Source of the DNA: Deltaproteobacteria bacterium
Lineage (GTDB): Bacteria > Myxococcota_A > UBA796 > UBA2385
Length of the DNA stretch: 64,000 bases
Assembly (NCBI GenBank): GCA_018401435.1
Contig: JAGYJW010000024.1
Coordinates: forward strand, 33,122 to 97,121
Direction: 5' to 3'
A program made the position numbers and the translations under genes. This document shows positions 1 to 10,400 of this stretch, in pieces. The stretch's first letter is position 1. Every line of letters starts with the position of its first letter. The notes beneath the pieces were generated by a model that saw nothing but the letters and a program-made list of their open reading frames with translations, was not told the origin of the DNA and did no database searches.

Positions 1-1
1 A

Positions 2-1540
2 AAGATCGATGAAGATGAAGTGGTGAAGCGCATTCAGGAGGCGATTTGGAGCGGGGGGCTCAGCCTGGGTCCCCCCCACTTGCGTCCCCACGCACGCGGC
101 CTCAGCCTGGCCTTTCGGGCCCCGGAGGACCGGCTGGATGCCGCGGCCGAGCTGACCGAGGCTGCCCTGGGCGCCGATGCCTTCGACCCGGTCGCCGTGG
201 CGGCCGCCTGGCCCGCGCCGCCGGGCCTCGCGGCCCTCCTGGAGGGCCTCTGGGACCTGCCGCATTTCTTTGACGAAGACGGCCTGACCGTGGGCCTGGG
301 CGAGGGGGCGCGCACCTGGCCACTCGACGGCCTGCCCGCCCTGGCCGAGGCCCGGGCCCAGGGCCGCCGGGTGCCCTTCGCCTTTGTCACCGGCACCAAC
401 GGAAAGACCACCACCAGCCGCATGCTGGCCCGCATCGCCCAGGCCGCCGGCCGGATCGCGGGCTTCACCTCCAGCGACGGCGTGGTGGTGGATGGCGCCT
501 TCTTGACCCAGGGCGACTGGACCGGCCCCGGCGCGGCGCGCTGTCTGCTGCGCGACCCCCGGGTGCAGCTCGCCGTGTTGGAGACCGCCCGGGGCGGCCT
601 GATGCGGCGGGGCCTGGCCCTCACCGGCGCCGACGCCGCCGCCGTGACCAACATCTCCGATGACCACCTGGGCGAGTGGGGGCTGATGGACCTCGCCGAC
701 ATGGCCTGGGCCAAGCTCACGGTGGCCCGGGGCCTGCGCCCCGGGGGCTGCCTGGTCGTCCACGGGCGAAACGCCGCCCTGACCGACGCCTTGCCCGCCC
801 TCCTGGTCGCCCGACCCGACCTTCGCGTGCGCGCCTTCGCCGACGGCCCGGCCGCTCCGGATCTCGCAGCCTGGGCCACCGACGGCTGGCTATACCTGCG
901 CGAAGATGACGATGTGGTGACCATCCTCGCTGAGGCCGACCTGCCGGCATCCCTGGCAGGCGCCGTGCGGCCCATGGTCGAGAACGCCCTCTGCGCTGCC
1001 CTGCTGGCGCGGGCCCTGGGGCTGCCCTTGCACGCCGTCGCCGAGGGCTTGCGCCGCTTCGCCCCCGACCTGAATACGGCGCGGGGCCGCCTCAACCGCT
1101 TCCGCCTGCCTTCGGGGGCCACCGTCATCGTGGACTTCGCCCACAACCCGGCGGGGGTGCTGGCCCTGGCTCCCCTGGTGGCTCGGTTTCGCCCCGGGTG
1201 CTTGCGGGTGCTGGTGGGCCAGGCGGGGGACCGCACCGACGGGCTGATCGCCGCCTACGCCGCCGCCATCGCCCAACTGAAGCCCGACCAGGTGGTGCTC
1301 AAGGAGCTGCCCCGCCACCGCCGGGGCCGCGCCGAGGGTGAGGTGCGGGCCCTGCTGCGGGCGGCCCTGTTGGCTGCTGGTCTGGACCCCGCCCGGCTCA
1401 CCGACGAGCCCGATGAGGTGTCGGCCAGCCGGATCCTGGTCGAGGCCGCGGGCCCCGGCGACCTCTGCCTGCTGCTGGTTCACGAGGAGCTGGACGGGGT
1501 GCTGGCGATGCTGGCCGAGGAGGGCGCGGAGCTGGGGTGA
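2..1540 (+). CDS. cyanophycin synthetase-like protein (Mur-ligase half); N-terminus lies outside the window
   Basis: The frame is open to the window edge. Motifs seen: P-loop FVTGTNGKTTTSRM, then LETARGGLMRRGL, NISDDHLG and FAHNPAG. These match the ligase (M/C) domains of CphA-type enzymes. Confidence 0.7.
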   Translation, partial: KIDEDEVVKRIQEAIWSGGLSLGPPHLRPHARGLSLAFRAPEDRLDAAAELTEAALGADAFDPVAVAAAWPAPPGLAALLEGLWDLPHFFDEDGLTVGLGEGARTWPLDGLPALAEARAQGRRVPFAFVTGTNGKTTTSRMLARIAQAAGRIAGFTSSDGVVVDGAFLTQGDWTGPGAARCLLRDPRVQLAVLETARGGLMRRGLALTGADAAAVTNISDDHLGEWGLMDLADMAWAKLTVARGLRPGGCLVVHGRNAALTDALPALLVARPDLRVRAFADGPAAPDLAAWATDGWLYLREDDDVVTILAEADLPASLAGAVRPMVENALCAALLARALGLPLHAVAEGLRRFAPDLNTARGRLNRFRLPSGATVIVDFAHNPAGVLALAPLVARFRPGCLRVLVGQAGDRTDGLIAAYAAAIAQLKPDQVVLKELPRHRRGRAEGEVRALLRAALLAAGLDPARLTDEPDEVSASRILVEAAGPGDLCLLLVHEELDGVLAMLAEEGAELG

Positions 1541-3093
1541 AAGGGGCCGCAAATCCCTCCTTCCCAGCCGCCCCCTCTCCGACTACGATGGTCGCTGCGA
1601 GGCGAACCATGGCAATGCTCCAGCGACAGGCGTCCACCCAGGCCCCCTCCACCCGCGGCTCCAGTCGGGGTGGCCAAAGCGGCGGAGGCCGCGGGAATTC
1701 CGCCCGGGCCGAAAGAATCGCGGCCCTCTCCTCGGGGCCCACCACCGAAGAAGGCGCGCCCATCCCCACCCAGCGGGGGCCCGAGGTCACCGACAGCTTC
1801 GACCCGCGCGCCCGCCCGGCCGAGGTCTCGGAGGGCGATCGCGGGGCCCTGGTGGGCCGGGGCACCGAGATCGTGGTGCGAAGCGGCAAGACCAGCCGCA
1901 GCCGAGAGCTCTTCAAGGTGGCCGATGGCACCCCGGCCGAGGTGGTCACGGTGTCCAAGAGCGCCTTGCGGGTGCGGGTGCGCAATGGCGACAAGGAGAC
2001 CACCGGCTGGGTGGCCCGCGACGTCTTCACCGACCAGCCCTTCATCTCGCGCACCGACGACAGCAAGAAGCTGCCCGAAGACTACCAGTATAGCTACTTC
2101 GGCGGCGACCACAGCCCCGTGGACCCCAAGGGCACCGACACCGCCCAGGGCGCGCTGGGCGACTGCTTCTTCATCGCCAGCATGGCCGCGGTGGCCAACG
2201 CCGCCCCCAAGGCCATCCAGGACGCCATCACCTACGATCCCAAGACCGGCCGCTACAAGGTGCGCTTCTTCGAAGAGACGCGCAGCGGCATGAAGCCGGT
2301 CTACATCGACGTGGACGCCTACCTGCCCACCGAGCGGGGCAACCCCAAGGACCCCGCCTATGCCGGCGACCCCGGCGCCCCCCTCTGGCCGGCCATCCTC
2401 GAGAAGGCCTATGCCCAGTTCAAGGGCGGCTACGACGTCATCGGCGAGGGGGGCACCGGCTTCGAGGCCATGGCCGAGCTGACCGGCGTGCGCAGCAAGT
2501 CCAAGAGCCCCGCCTATATGCGGGAATCCGAGGTTGTGCCCTACTTCAAGACGGCCAAGCAGGACGGCCTGGCCATCTACGCGGGGGTGCGCAACACCGG
2601 CACCTCCGCGGCCCAGGCCACCCTGACAGGCACCGCCAGCGGGCCCTACACGGGCACGGTCAGCCAGATCCACAAGTGGAATGAGATCGAGCCCGGCACG
2701 CTGTCGGTGACCGACAAGTCGGGCCAGGTGGCCAGCGCCCGCGACCGGGGCCAGGAAGGCGACGAGACGGGCGAGATTCAGGGTCGCGACGTGGCCGAGG
2801 GCGAGGTGCAATACAAGGCGAGCAAGCTCAGCCTGCGTTACAACAGGGGCAAGCAGCCCAAGGCGGCCGGTGACCTCGAAGTGAACTTCGAATACCACGG
2901 CATGCTCGAACCCAACAAGGTGCTCATCGGCAACCACGCCTATGCCTTTGAAGGGGTGGTACAGGGCGACCTGCTGCAGTTCTACAACCCCTGGGGCAGC
3001 TACCAGCCCAAGCCCATCACGGCGGCAGAGTTCCTCAAGTACTTCGACAGCCTCGCCACCAACGCGGTGCCCGGCGGCAAGCGCACCGAGTGA
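1537..3093 (+). CDS. calpain-like (peptidase family C2) cysteine protease with a low-complexity N-terminal region
   Basis: QGALGDCFFIAS (Cys codon 2164-2166), GNHAYAF (His 2935-2937) and YNPWG (Asn 2986-2988) give the calpain Cys/His/Asn order. GTG 1537 overlaps the upstream TGA (GTGA). The true start could be ATG 1588 or 1609. Confidence 0.75.
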   Translation: MKGAANPSFPAAPSPTTMVAARRTMAMLQRQASTQAPSTRGSSRGGQSGGGRGNSARAERIAALSSGPTTEEGAPIPTQRGPEVTDSFDPRARPAEVSEGDRGALVGRGTEIVVRSGKTSRSRELFKVADGTPAEVVTVSKSALRVRVRNGDKETTGWVARDVFTDQPFISRTDDSKKLPEDYQYSYFGGDHSPVDPKGTDTAQGALGDCFFIASMAAVANAAPKAIQDAITYDPKTGRYKVRFFEETRSGMKPVYIDVDAYLPTERGNPKDPAYAGDPGAPLWPAILEKAYAQFKGGYDVIGEGGTGFEAMAELTGVRSKSKSPAYMRESEVVPYFKTAKQDGLAIYAGVRNTGTSAAQATLTGTASGPYTGTVSQIHKWNEIEPGTLSVTDKSGQVASARDRGQEGDETGEIQGRDVAEGEVQYKASKLSLRYNRGKQPKAAGDLEVNFEYHGMLEPNKVLIGNHAYAFEGVVQGDLLQFYNPWGSYQPKPITAAEFLKYFDSLATNAVPGGKRTE

Positions 3094-3755
3094 TCCTGCT
3101 CTTTTGGACAATCTTGGCAGGAGACCCGGCCATGGCGGACGCATGCACCATTCGAATCGAAGCGGGTGAGGACCCACGGCCCCACCTCGTCGAGGGTGCG
3201 GTGCTCTGCATGGGGCCGGGGCGCCACCCCTACGCCCTCTTCATCGAGCACAGCCTCAGCGTGAAGGGCGAGCCGGGCGCCATCATCGACGCCGGAGGGG
3301 CGGGGTCGGCGGTGCACATCGCCGGGGATGGGCTCACCGTGCGGCTCACAGGGCTCACGCTCACGCGCGGCCGGGCTGAGCTGGGGGGTGGCCTGCGGCT
3401 GGATGGCGACGCCGATGTCTTGGGCCAGGATCTCGTCATCGAGGGCAATCAGGCGACGGCCGGCGGCGCGGGCCTGGGGCAGGTGCGCGGGCGGCTCAGC
3501 CTCAAGGGTTGCACCCTCAAGGATGGGGCCTATGTCACCACCATCGGCACCCTGGCTTGCGATGGCACCACCTTCGAAGGGGGCCTGAGCCTGCGCGAAG
3601 ACGCCCAGGTCACGCTGGGGGAGGGCTGCGTGGCCAGCTTCAGCGATCTGCGGGGCGTGCCCAGGCGCGCGCCGACCCTGGTGATCAAGGGCGGCGATCC
3701 CGGCGAGCTGCGCCAGGACAAGCAGCACCCTGGCACCGTGACGCGCCTGCCCTGA
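3090..3755 (+). CDS. hypothetical secreted parallel beta-helix repeat protein
   Basis: GTG 3090 overlaps the calpain-like stop (GTGA). The N-terminus MILLFWTILAGDPAMA is hydrophobic. Gly/Leu-rich turns repeat (GDGLTVRLTGLTLTRG, GGGLRLDGDADV, GRLSLKGCTL). GC3 is high. Confidence 0.5.
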   Translation: MILLFWTILAGDPAMADACTIRIEAGEDPRPHLVEGAVLCMGPGRHPYALFIEHSLSVKGEPGAIIDAGGAGSAVHIAGDGLTVRLTGLTLTRGRAELGGGLRLDGDADVLGQDLVIEGNQATAGGAGLGQVRGRLSLKGCTLKDGAYVTTIGTLACDGTTFEGGLSLREDAQVTLGEGCVASFSDLRGVPRRAPTLVIKGGDPGELRQDKQHPGTVTRLP

Positions 3756-3789
3756 CGCGGCCCTGCCCTGACGCGGCCGAGGTTCACCC

Positions 3790-4728
3790 ATGCACATCGT
3801 CTTGCCCGGGGGCAGCGGCCAGGTGGGCCAGCTGCTGCAACGCGCCCTTCGGGCCGAGGGCCACCGTGTCACCGTGCTCAGCCGCAAGGCCGGCCCCGAC
3901 AGCCTGGCCTGGGATGGCGAGACGGCCGGCGACTGGTGGCAGGTCATCGACGGGGCCGATGTTGTGATCAACCTCGCGGGTCGCACCGTGAACTGCCGCT
4001 ACACCGAAGAGAACCTCGCCCAGATGATGGACAGCCGGGTGCGGTCCACACGGGTCGTGGGCCAGGCCATCGCTGCGGCGGTCCGGCCGCCCCCCCTGTG
4101 GCTGCAGATGAGCACCGCGACGCTCTACGCCCACCGATTCGACGCCGCCAACGATGAGGCCACCGGCATCATCGGGGGCAACGAGCCCGACGTGCCCGCC
4201 TATTGGGCCCGCAGCATCGCCATCGCCCAGGCCTGGGAGCGTTGCCTCGCGGAGGCCGATACCCCCCACACCCGCAAGGTGGCCCTGCGCACCGCCATGG
4301 TCATGACCCCCGACGCGGGCGGCGTCTTCGACGTGCTGTCCGGCATGGTGCGCGCGGGACTGGGCGGCGCCATCGCCGGCGGGCGGCAGTGGGTGTCTTG
4401 GATTCACGGGCGGGACTTCGTGTCTGCACTCCAGTTCCTCATGCAACGCCAAGACATCGAGGGTGCCGTGAACCTCGCCGCGCCCAACCCGCTGCCCCAG
4501 CGGGACTTGATGGCGGCGATGCGGGCGGCCTGGGGCGTGGGGCTGGGGCTGCCCGCCACGGCCTGGATGGCCGAGATCGGGGCCTTCTTCTTGCGCACCG
4601 ACACCGAGCTGCTGCTCAAGAGCCGTCGGGTGGTGCCGGGGCGCCTGCTCGATGCGGGCTTCGCCTTCGCGCATCCCACCTGGCCCGAGGCCGCAGCAGA
4701 CCTGGTCGCGGCCACCCGCACAGGCTGA
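3790..4728 (+). CDS. NAD-dependent epimerase family protein (YfcH / DUF1731-type SDR)
   Basis: N-terminal Rossmann motif VLPGGSGQVGQ. C-terminal ELLLKSRRVVPGRLLDAGFAFAHP resembles the DUF1731 tail. Confidence 0.7.
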   Translation: MHIVLPGGSGQVGQLLQRALRAEGHRVTVLSRKAGPDSLAWDGETAGDWWQVIDGADVVINLAGRTVNCRYTEENLAQMMDSRVRSTRVVGQAIAAAVRPPPLWLQMSTATLYAHRFDAANDEATGIIGGNEPDVPAYWARSIAIAQAWERCLAEADTPHTRKVALRTAMVMTPDAGGVFDVLSGMVRAGLGGAIAGGRQWVSWIHGRDFVSALQFLMQRQDIEGAVNLAAPNPLPQRDLMAAMRAAWGVGLGLPATAWMAEIGAFFLRTDTELLLKSRRVVPGRLLDAGFAFAHPTWPEAAADLVAATRTG

Positions 4729-4746
4729 GGGCCTCCCCCGAAGGGC

Positions 4747-5394
4747 TCAGCCGAGCCCCGAGACGCGGCGGCTGAACCAGAGGCTGGCGATCCACTTCTC
4801 CCCCGCGTGAACCGGCGCCCCGGCGTGCAGGGTGTCGGGGTGGGGCCAGGTGTTGTCGGCGCCCACATCTTCAAAGACCAGCAGGCGGCCCGCCGTCGGC
4901 GCGACCTCGATGCCCAGGTTGGGGAAGACCGTGGCGCCGCCGGCGTCGGGGCTCTTGAGGTAGAGCAGGGTCGTGACCTCGCGCTGCCCGTGCAAGGCGG
5001 CGCAGCTGCGGCCCTCCTCTGTGCGCAGATCGTAGGCGTCGTAGTGGGCGAGATAGCGCTCCTGCGGCTGGTAGCGCACCACCTGCAGCGACTCTGCATC
5101 TTCGAGCCGGCGGCCGACCAGGGCCGCGAGGCGCCGACCATGGGCCAGCGTCGCGGGGCTGGTGTCGTGGGGCACCCAGGCGAGGTGGCCGGTGCGCACG
5201 CCGGGGTCGTGCTCCAAGGACAGGCCGCTGACCCGGGGCAGCTCCAGGCGCGCCCGCGCGACCGCCAGCAGCCCCTCGCGGTAGGCTTCGTCGGCGAAAC
5301 CGTCGATGGTGTAGACGAGGGGGTCTACGCTGAGCAGGCGCAGGCCGGGCAGGTTGGCGGGCGGCGGTCGCAGGATTCCCATAGGCTCGCCCAT
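4747..5394 (-). CDS. 2OG-Fe(II) oxygenase, prolyl 4-hydroxylase-like
   Basis: VVRYQPQERYLAHYDAYD (HxD), TLLYLKSPDAGGATVFP and TLHAGAPVHAGEKWIASLWF fit the P4H-type double-stranded beta-helix fold. Start taken at ATG 5394 (alternative 5382). The ORF-track extension to 5499 runs into the IS end. Confidence 0.7.
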   Translation of the reverse strand: MGEPMGILRPPPANLPGLRLLSVDPLVYTIDGFADEAYREGLLAVARARLELPRVSGLSLEHDPGVRTGHLAWVPHDTSPATLAHGRRLAALVGRRLEDAESLQVVRYQPQERYLAHYDAYDLRTEEGRSCAALHGQREVTTLLYLKSPDAGGATVFPNLGIEVAPTAGRLLVFEDVGADNTWPHPDTLHAGAPVHAGEKWIASLWFSRRVSGLG

Positions 5395-5415
5395 AACCGA
5401 CCCCCCAACAGGAAA

Positions 5416-7223
5416 CAGGCTTGATCGGTAGACCTGAATATCCATTGATCCTACCCCAGCTCTGCGGTGTGTTTCGACCGTTCCCCGGCTCGTAGACACA
5501 CGATGAGGACGCGGCCATGCTTGCCGGGACCTGTCGCTGCGATGGGTTGCCGAGAGAGGGAGGGGAAGAGCCTGGGCGAGCGGGTCGTTATGTTCTGCCC
5601 GGGATCGGAAGGATCCCGGGCATCACCAGTGCGTCGCGGAGGAGCTCCATGACTTCGCGGAAGGGCCTTGCCTTCCTAAGCGCTTGAGGTTGTGGGTGAG
5701 CGGTCCGCCCGTCTGGGCGTTGGACGGGGCCTCGCCGTCTCGCAGCACCCGGTGCCGCACGATGCGAACGAGGTTGTAGGCAATGAGCCGGAGGACGGCG
5801 AGCGACTCTCGACCCAGGCGTGCTTGACCCAGGCCCGGGTGTCCCTCGTTCCATTGCGTGTCGAGGGTCCAGAAACAGTCGTTCTCGATCCCCCAGTGGG
5901 CGCGGATGGCGGCCATGCACTGCGCTGGCGTGAGCCTGTTTATGGGCAGACTGGTGATGAAGAGCCGGTCATCGATCACGGGCGGCTTTCCGGCCTTGAC
6001 GATCGTCGTTCGCTGACGCCAGACCTGCCGGTAGTCGCCTTCCATGCAGTCGCCCAGCTTCGTCGATCCGGCCGAACTGTCGGTGCACTCTGGGCCCCTG
6101 TTGCGGACCTCCTGGGTCTCGGCGATCCACCCACCCGGCGGGGCGCATCGGTGCCCTGACCCATGACGCCATGGACAGGCGCCGGTGCAGCGCGCCCGCA
6201 TTGCCCTTGAGCGCGGCGATGTAGGGGATCCCCGACACCGCCAGCATCATGAGGTTCTGGATGGCATCGAGCCAGCATCCACCGAGACGTACCTGGACCA
6301 TGGCACGTCCATGGCTCGAATCAGCTCCGGACGAAGCCCTCGAACATCGGCGCTTCGCCGCGATGCGCCGGGATGACCACTTGATGCATGGCCACCTTGG
6401 GCGGCGGAGGCGACGTGCACGGCTCGGAGGGCCTTGACCAGGTAGACCTTCCCGTCCGGGCCCGGGTCCATGTCCGGCAGCTGAAGGTTTCCCCGCTTGG
6501 CATCGGTGACCTTCGTCGCGTTGCGCTTCGAGCGGCGCTTCGAAGGCGGTCCGACGCGGGACGGCAATGCCGGTGGACTCCGGGTGCTTGAGCTCGCGGT
6601 CCGCGCCCAGGCACTTGCCGTCGATGGCCCGCCAACGAGATGCCGATCGCAGGGTCCACCTGCATGCGCTTGCTCAGCCACAGCTCCTTGACTTGGTCCA
6701 CGAGGACCGGAGTCAGGGCCGCGGGCTCAGCCGCCGGACCAAGGTGTACAGCGTCGTGTCCGTGGGCGAGCCGCGCAGCCCGAGCCCGGCCGACCGCCAG
6801 CTTCATGCCCAGGCGCTCGACATCGCGCAGCGTGCGGGAGCCAACGGTCAGGCCCAACACAAGCAGGTTGAGCAAGCCCACCAGCTTGTAGCGAACCCCG
6901 CGAGGCTTGCGAGGGTCCTCGACGGTTGCCCACCGCTCGGGCGTCAGGTTATCCCGCAGGAAGCGGGCGAGGGGATTCAGGGTTCTTCGTTTCACTCAAC
7001 GTCCTCCTGCTCGTAGGTCTTCGGGCCGGCTTGGGTGAGGTGTTTGCTCACCCAAGCTCTTCCTTCTCTCTCGGCAGGTCCGAGATCTCTCGCCGGATGA
7101 GCACGCGCAACCCCTGCCGCGCGATCAACCGCAAGAAAGTACGCACCCAGCCCGGGAGCGGCGGGGACCTCGACGGCTACGAGCTGGTTGGCGGTGGGCC
7201 GGAGGGACTACTGAGCAAGCCTG
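5416..7223 (-). mobile_element. ISAs1-family insertion sequence, decayed copy A (1808 bp)
   Basis: Terminal inverted repeats CAGGCTTGaTCgGTAGaCC (5416-) and GGaCTACtGAgCAAGCCTG (-7223). Perfect 9-bp direct repeat AACAGGAAA at 5407-5415 and 7224-7232. The internal transposase reading frame is fragmented. Confidence 0.85.
5588..6995 (-). pseudogene. ISAs1-family (H-repeat/DDE) transposase, multiple frameshifts
   Basis: Pieces lie in three frames: MKRRTLNPLARFLRDNLTPERWATVEDPRKPRGVRYKLVGLLNLL; ...YLVKALRAVHVASAA...; ...IAALKGNAGALH...; AHWGIENDCFWTLDTQWNE...LRLIAYNLVRI. A 2-nt insertion relative to copy C lies near 5680. Confidence 0.8.
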
Positions 7224-7235
7224 AACAGGAAAATA

Positions 7236-7296
7236 GGTGCCAGGTGTTGCATGTTGAGCCTTCGGGCCGAAGGCTCAACATGCAACACCTGGCACT
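7236..7296. repeat. REP-like palindrome P1 (28-bp perfect stem, 3-nt loop)
   Basis: 7237-7264 is the exact reverse complement of 7268-7295. It is related to the palindrome at 18972-19032. Confidence 0.9.
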
Positions 7297-7405
7297 TGAG
7301 CCCCTGAGCCCTTCGTCACCGGAGCCCGGCGGGCAGAATCTGTCCTTGCTCCCCCCCGGATCCTGCAGGTTACCGCCCAAGCGCCTCGCAACGACAGCAG
7401 CCCAA

Positions 7406-10400
7406 GTGCCCGGACTCCACCTCCACCGCAGCAACCACCTGCCCCTGCTGGCAGAGCTTCTGGCGCAGAATATGGTCCAGGCGCCCCTCTCGGACCCCTT
7501 TGCACCCGAGTGGGTGGTGATCGGCAACAAGGGGCTGGAGGCCTGGCTGGTCCGCTCCCTGGCCCAGCGCATCGGCATTTGCGCCCAGGTGGAATTTCCT
7601 TTTGCCCTGGGTTTTCTCGAACGCGCGGCGGCCAGCTTGGAGGCCGCGGCCAGCGGACAGCACCGCCCCTTCGGCCTCGAGCCCCCTGCCAGCGGCTGGA
7701 GTGTGGACGCCATCACTTGGGCTGTCCTCGAGATGCTGCCCCAACTCAGCGAAGACCCACAGCATCGCGCGATCTTTGCCCCGGTGCGGGCCTGGGTGGC
7801 TGCAGATGACGACCGCAGCTGGACGGGCCGACGGGCCTATGGGTTGGCCCGCCGCATCGCCGAGGTCTTTGACCGGGTGCTGGTCTTCCGGCCCGAGCTG
7901 GCCCGGGCCTGGAGCGCAGGCCTTCCCGGCCCCGGGCTGCTGCCCGCGGATCTCGCCTGGCAGCCGGTGCTCTGGCATGCGGTGCAGCTTCGGTTGGGTC
8001 CGGATGCCTGCCACCTCGCCGATCGCTTGTCTCGCCTGCCCGGATGGCTGGCAGCGGGCCCGCTGCCGGACGATTTTCCCCGCCGCGTGAACGTCTTCGG
8101 CCTGAGCACCCTCGCGCCGGTGCTGCTGTCGGCCTTTGCCGACCTGAGCGCCCTGATCGATGTGGACCTGCTCCTGCTCAGCCCCTCGGAGGGCTATTGG
8201 GAGCGGGTGCGCCGGGGCCGCGGGCTGGCAGAGAGCGAGGAGGCCGACGCGGTTCCCAACCTGCTGCTGGGCGCCTTTGGGCGGCTCTTTCGCGACTTCC
8301 AGGAGCAGCTGCTGGAGCTGCCGCAGCAGCTGGACGACCACACCGAGCGCTCCGAGATCGACCTCTACATCGACCCCGCAAAGATGGGCGCGCCGTCGGC
8401 CTTGCGGGCGCTGCGCTCCGATGCGGTGCGGCTGGAACAAGGCCGCCACGCGCTGCCCTTGCTGCAGATCGGGCCCGATGGCCCGGTGGCCCGCGACGCC
8501 AGTCTGCAGGTGCACGCCTGCCATGGCCCCACCCGGCAGGTCGAGGTCCTGCGCGATGTGCTGCTGGGGCTGCTGGAGGATGATCCCACCCTGCAGCCTC
8601 GCGACATCCTCGTGCTGGCCCCCGAAATGGAGAGTTGGGCCCCGCTGGTGGCCGCGGTCTTCGACCAGGGGGGGGAGGAGGCCGGTCCCCAGGGTCCGCC
8701 ACGCATCCCCGTGCGCATCGAGGATCTCAGCTTCCGTCGCACCAACCCGGTGGCCACGGCCTTGCTGGCGCTGCTGGCCCTGGTGGAGGGCCGGATGCCG
8801 GCGTCTGCTGTCCTGGACCTGCTGTCGCTCGAGCCCGTGCGGCTGGCCTTTGGCATCGACCCGGACGAATTGCCCGATGTGCAGGCCCTCTTTGAGCGGG
8901 CTGGGGTGCGCTGGGGATCGGATGCGGCGGGCCGGGCGGCCCATGACCAGCCCGAAGACGACGCCCACACCTGGCGTTTCGGCCTGGAGCGCCTCGCCTT
9001 GGGTGTGGCCATGGCCGATGACTGGTGCCACTTTGCCGGCCGGGTGCCCCTGGACGACGCCGAGGGGGGGGCAGTCTCCTTGGTGGGGCGCGCGCTGCGC
9101 TTTGGTGCCGTGATCCTGGAGGAGGTCGAGCGCCTCTCGGCGCCACGCCCCCTCTCTGCATGGGTGGCGGCCCTGCTGGGCACCGGGGACGCGCCGGGCA
9201 CCCTGGACCGCCTTGTGGCTGCCCCGGACCGGGCGAGCTGGCTGGTGGAGCGCACCCGCCGCGAGGTCGAGCAGGTGGGCATTCACGGCGAGAGCGCCGG
9301 CGTTGGTTTGGACCTGGACCTGCCCACCCTGCGGGCCCACCTCGAAGGGCGCTTCGAGGTCGCTGCCCCCAACCCCCGCACCCCCGGCGGGGCCGTCGCC
9401 TTCGCAGCGCTGCGGCCCATGCGCGGCGTGCCGCATCGCGTGATCTGCCTGCTGGGCATGGACGAGGGGGCCTTTCCCCGCAGCCGCCCGGACCTGCGCT
9501 TCGACCCCTGCAACCGCAGCCCCCGCGTGGGGGACCGGGACCCCCGGGATGAGGACCGCGCGGCCTTTCTGGAGGCGGTCTTGGCGGCGCAGGACCACCT
9601 TGTGTTGCTCTATTCGGGGCGAAATCCCCGCAGCGACGCCGCCTGTCCGCCCTGCGGCCCCCTCGCCGAGCTGCTCGACATCGTGGACCGCAGCTTCGAG
9701 CCCCTGCATTGGGCCGGACGCGAACAGGCTCCCACGGCCTGCCTCACACAGCACCACCCCCTGCAAGGCTTCAGCCCCCAAGCCTTCACCCCGGTCATGC
9801 TGCCGCCCTTGGGGCAGGTCGGCCTGCGGGCCTGGAGCTTCGACCCCGGCCTGGAAGGCGCGGCCCGGCAGCTGGCCCGCAGCAGCGAGGGGCTGCGGGT
9901 CGCCCCGGTCTTCCTGCCCCTGGATGAGGCGCTGCCCGCCGATCCGGACGCAGAGAGCGGCGGCCCGGCCTTGGCCCTCGACAGCCTCGCGGCCTTCTGG
10001 AAGCGCCCGGTGCGCTATCTGTTGGAGAATCGCGTTGGGTTGCGCCTGCGCGATGATGCCCACGCCGTGCCCGATCGCGAGCCCTTGGAGCTTCACGGAC
10101 TGGAGCGCTGGTCGGTGGACCAGTCCCTGCTGGAGGCTGCCGATGCGGGCTTGGAGCCGGCGCTGGCCCAGTCGGTGCTGTTGGGCCGGGGCGCCCTGCC
10201 CCTGGGGCTCGCTGGCCGCCGCACCATCGCACAACGCGCCGACGTGGTGCAACGAGCCCTGGACCTCGAATCGAGCTTGCGCGGCAGCCGCCCCGGAGAG
10301 GCCTTCAACCTGGACCTCGCCCTGGGTGGCCTGCGGCTGGTCGGGCGGCTCGAAGACTGCGTGCAGGAGCCCGGGCCTGACGGCCCCTGGCAGCGCTGCG

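Noticed and set aside
5395-5499. N-terminal extension of the P4H-like ORF (MSTSRGTVETHRRAGVGSMDIQVYRSS...)
   Set aside because: The same peptide is encoded at the right end of all three IS copies (also 20740-20820 and 22529-22612). It is therefore IS sequence read out into the flank, not part of the host gene.
7279-7405. ATG 7279 as the recC start (ORF track begins even earlier, at 6926)
   Set aside because: That ATG lies inside the palindrome arm and the ORF upstream of it runs into the IS. The RecC-like N-terminus (xxLHLHRSNHL) begins at the in-frame GTG 7406.
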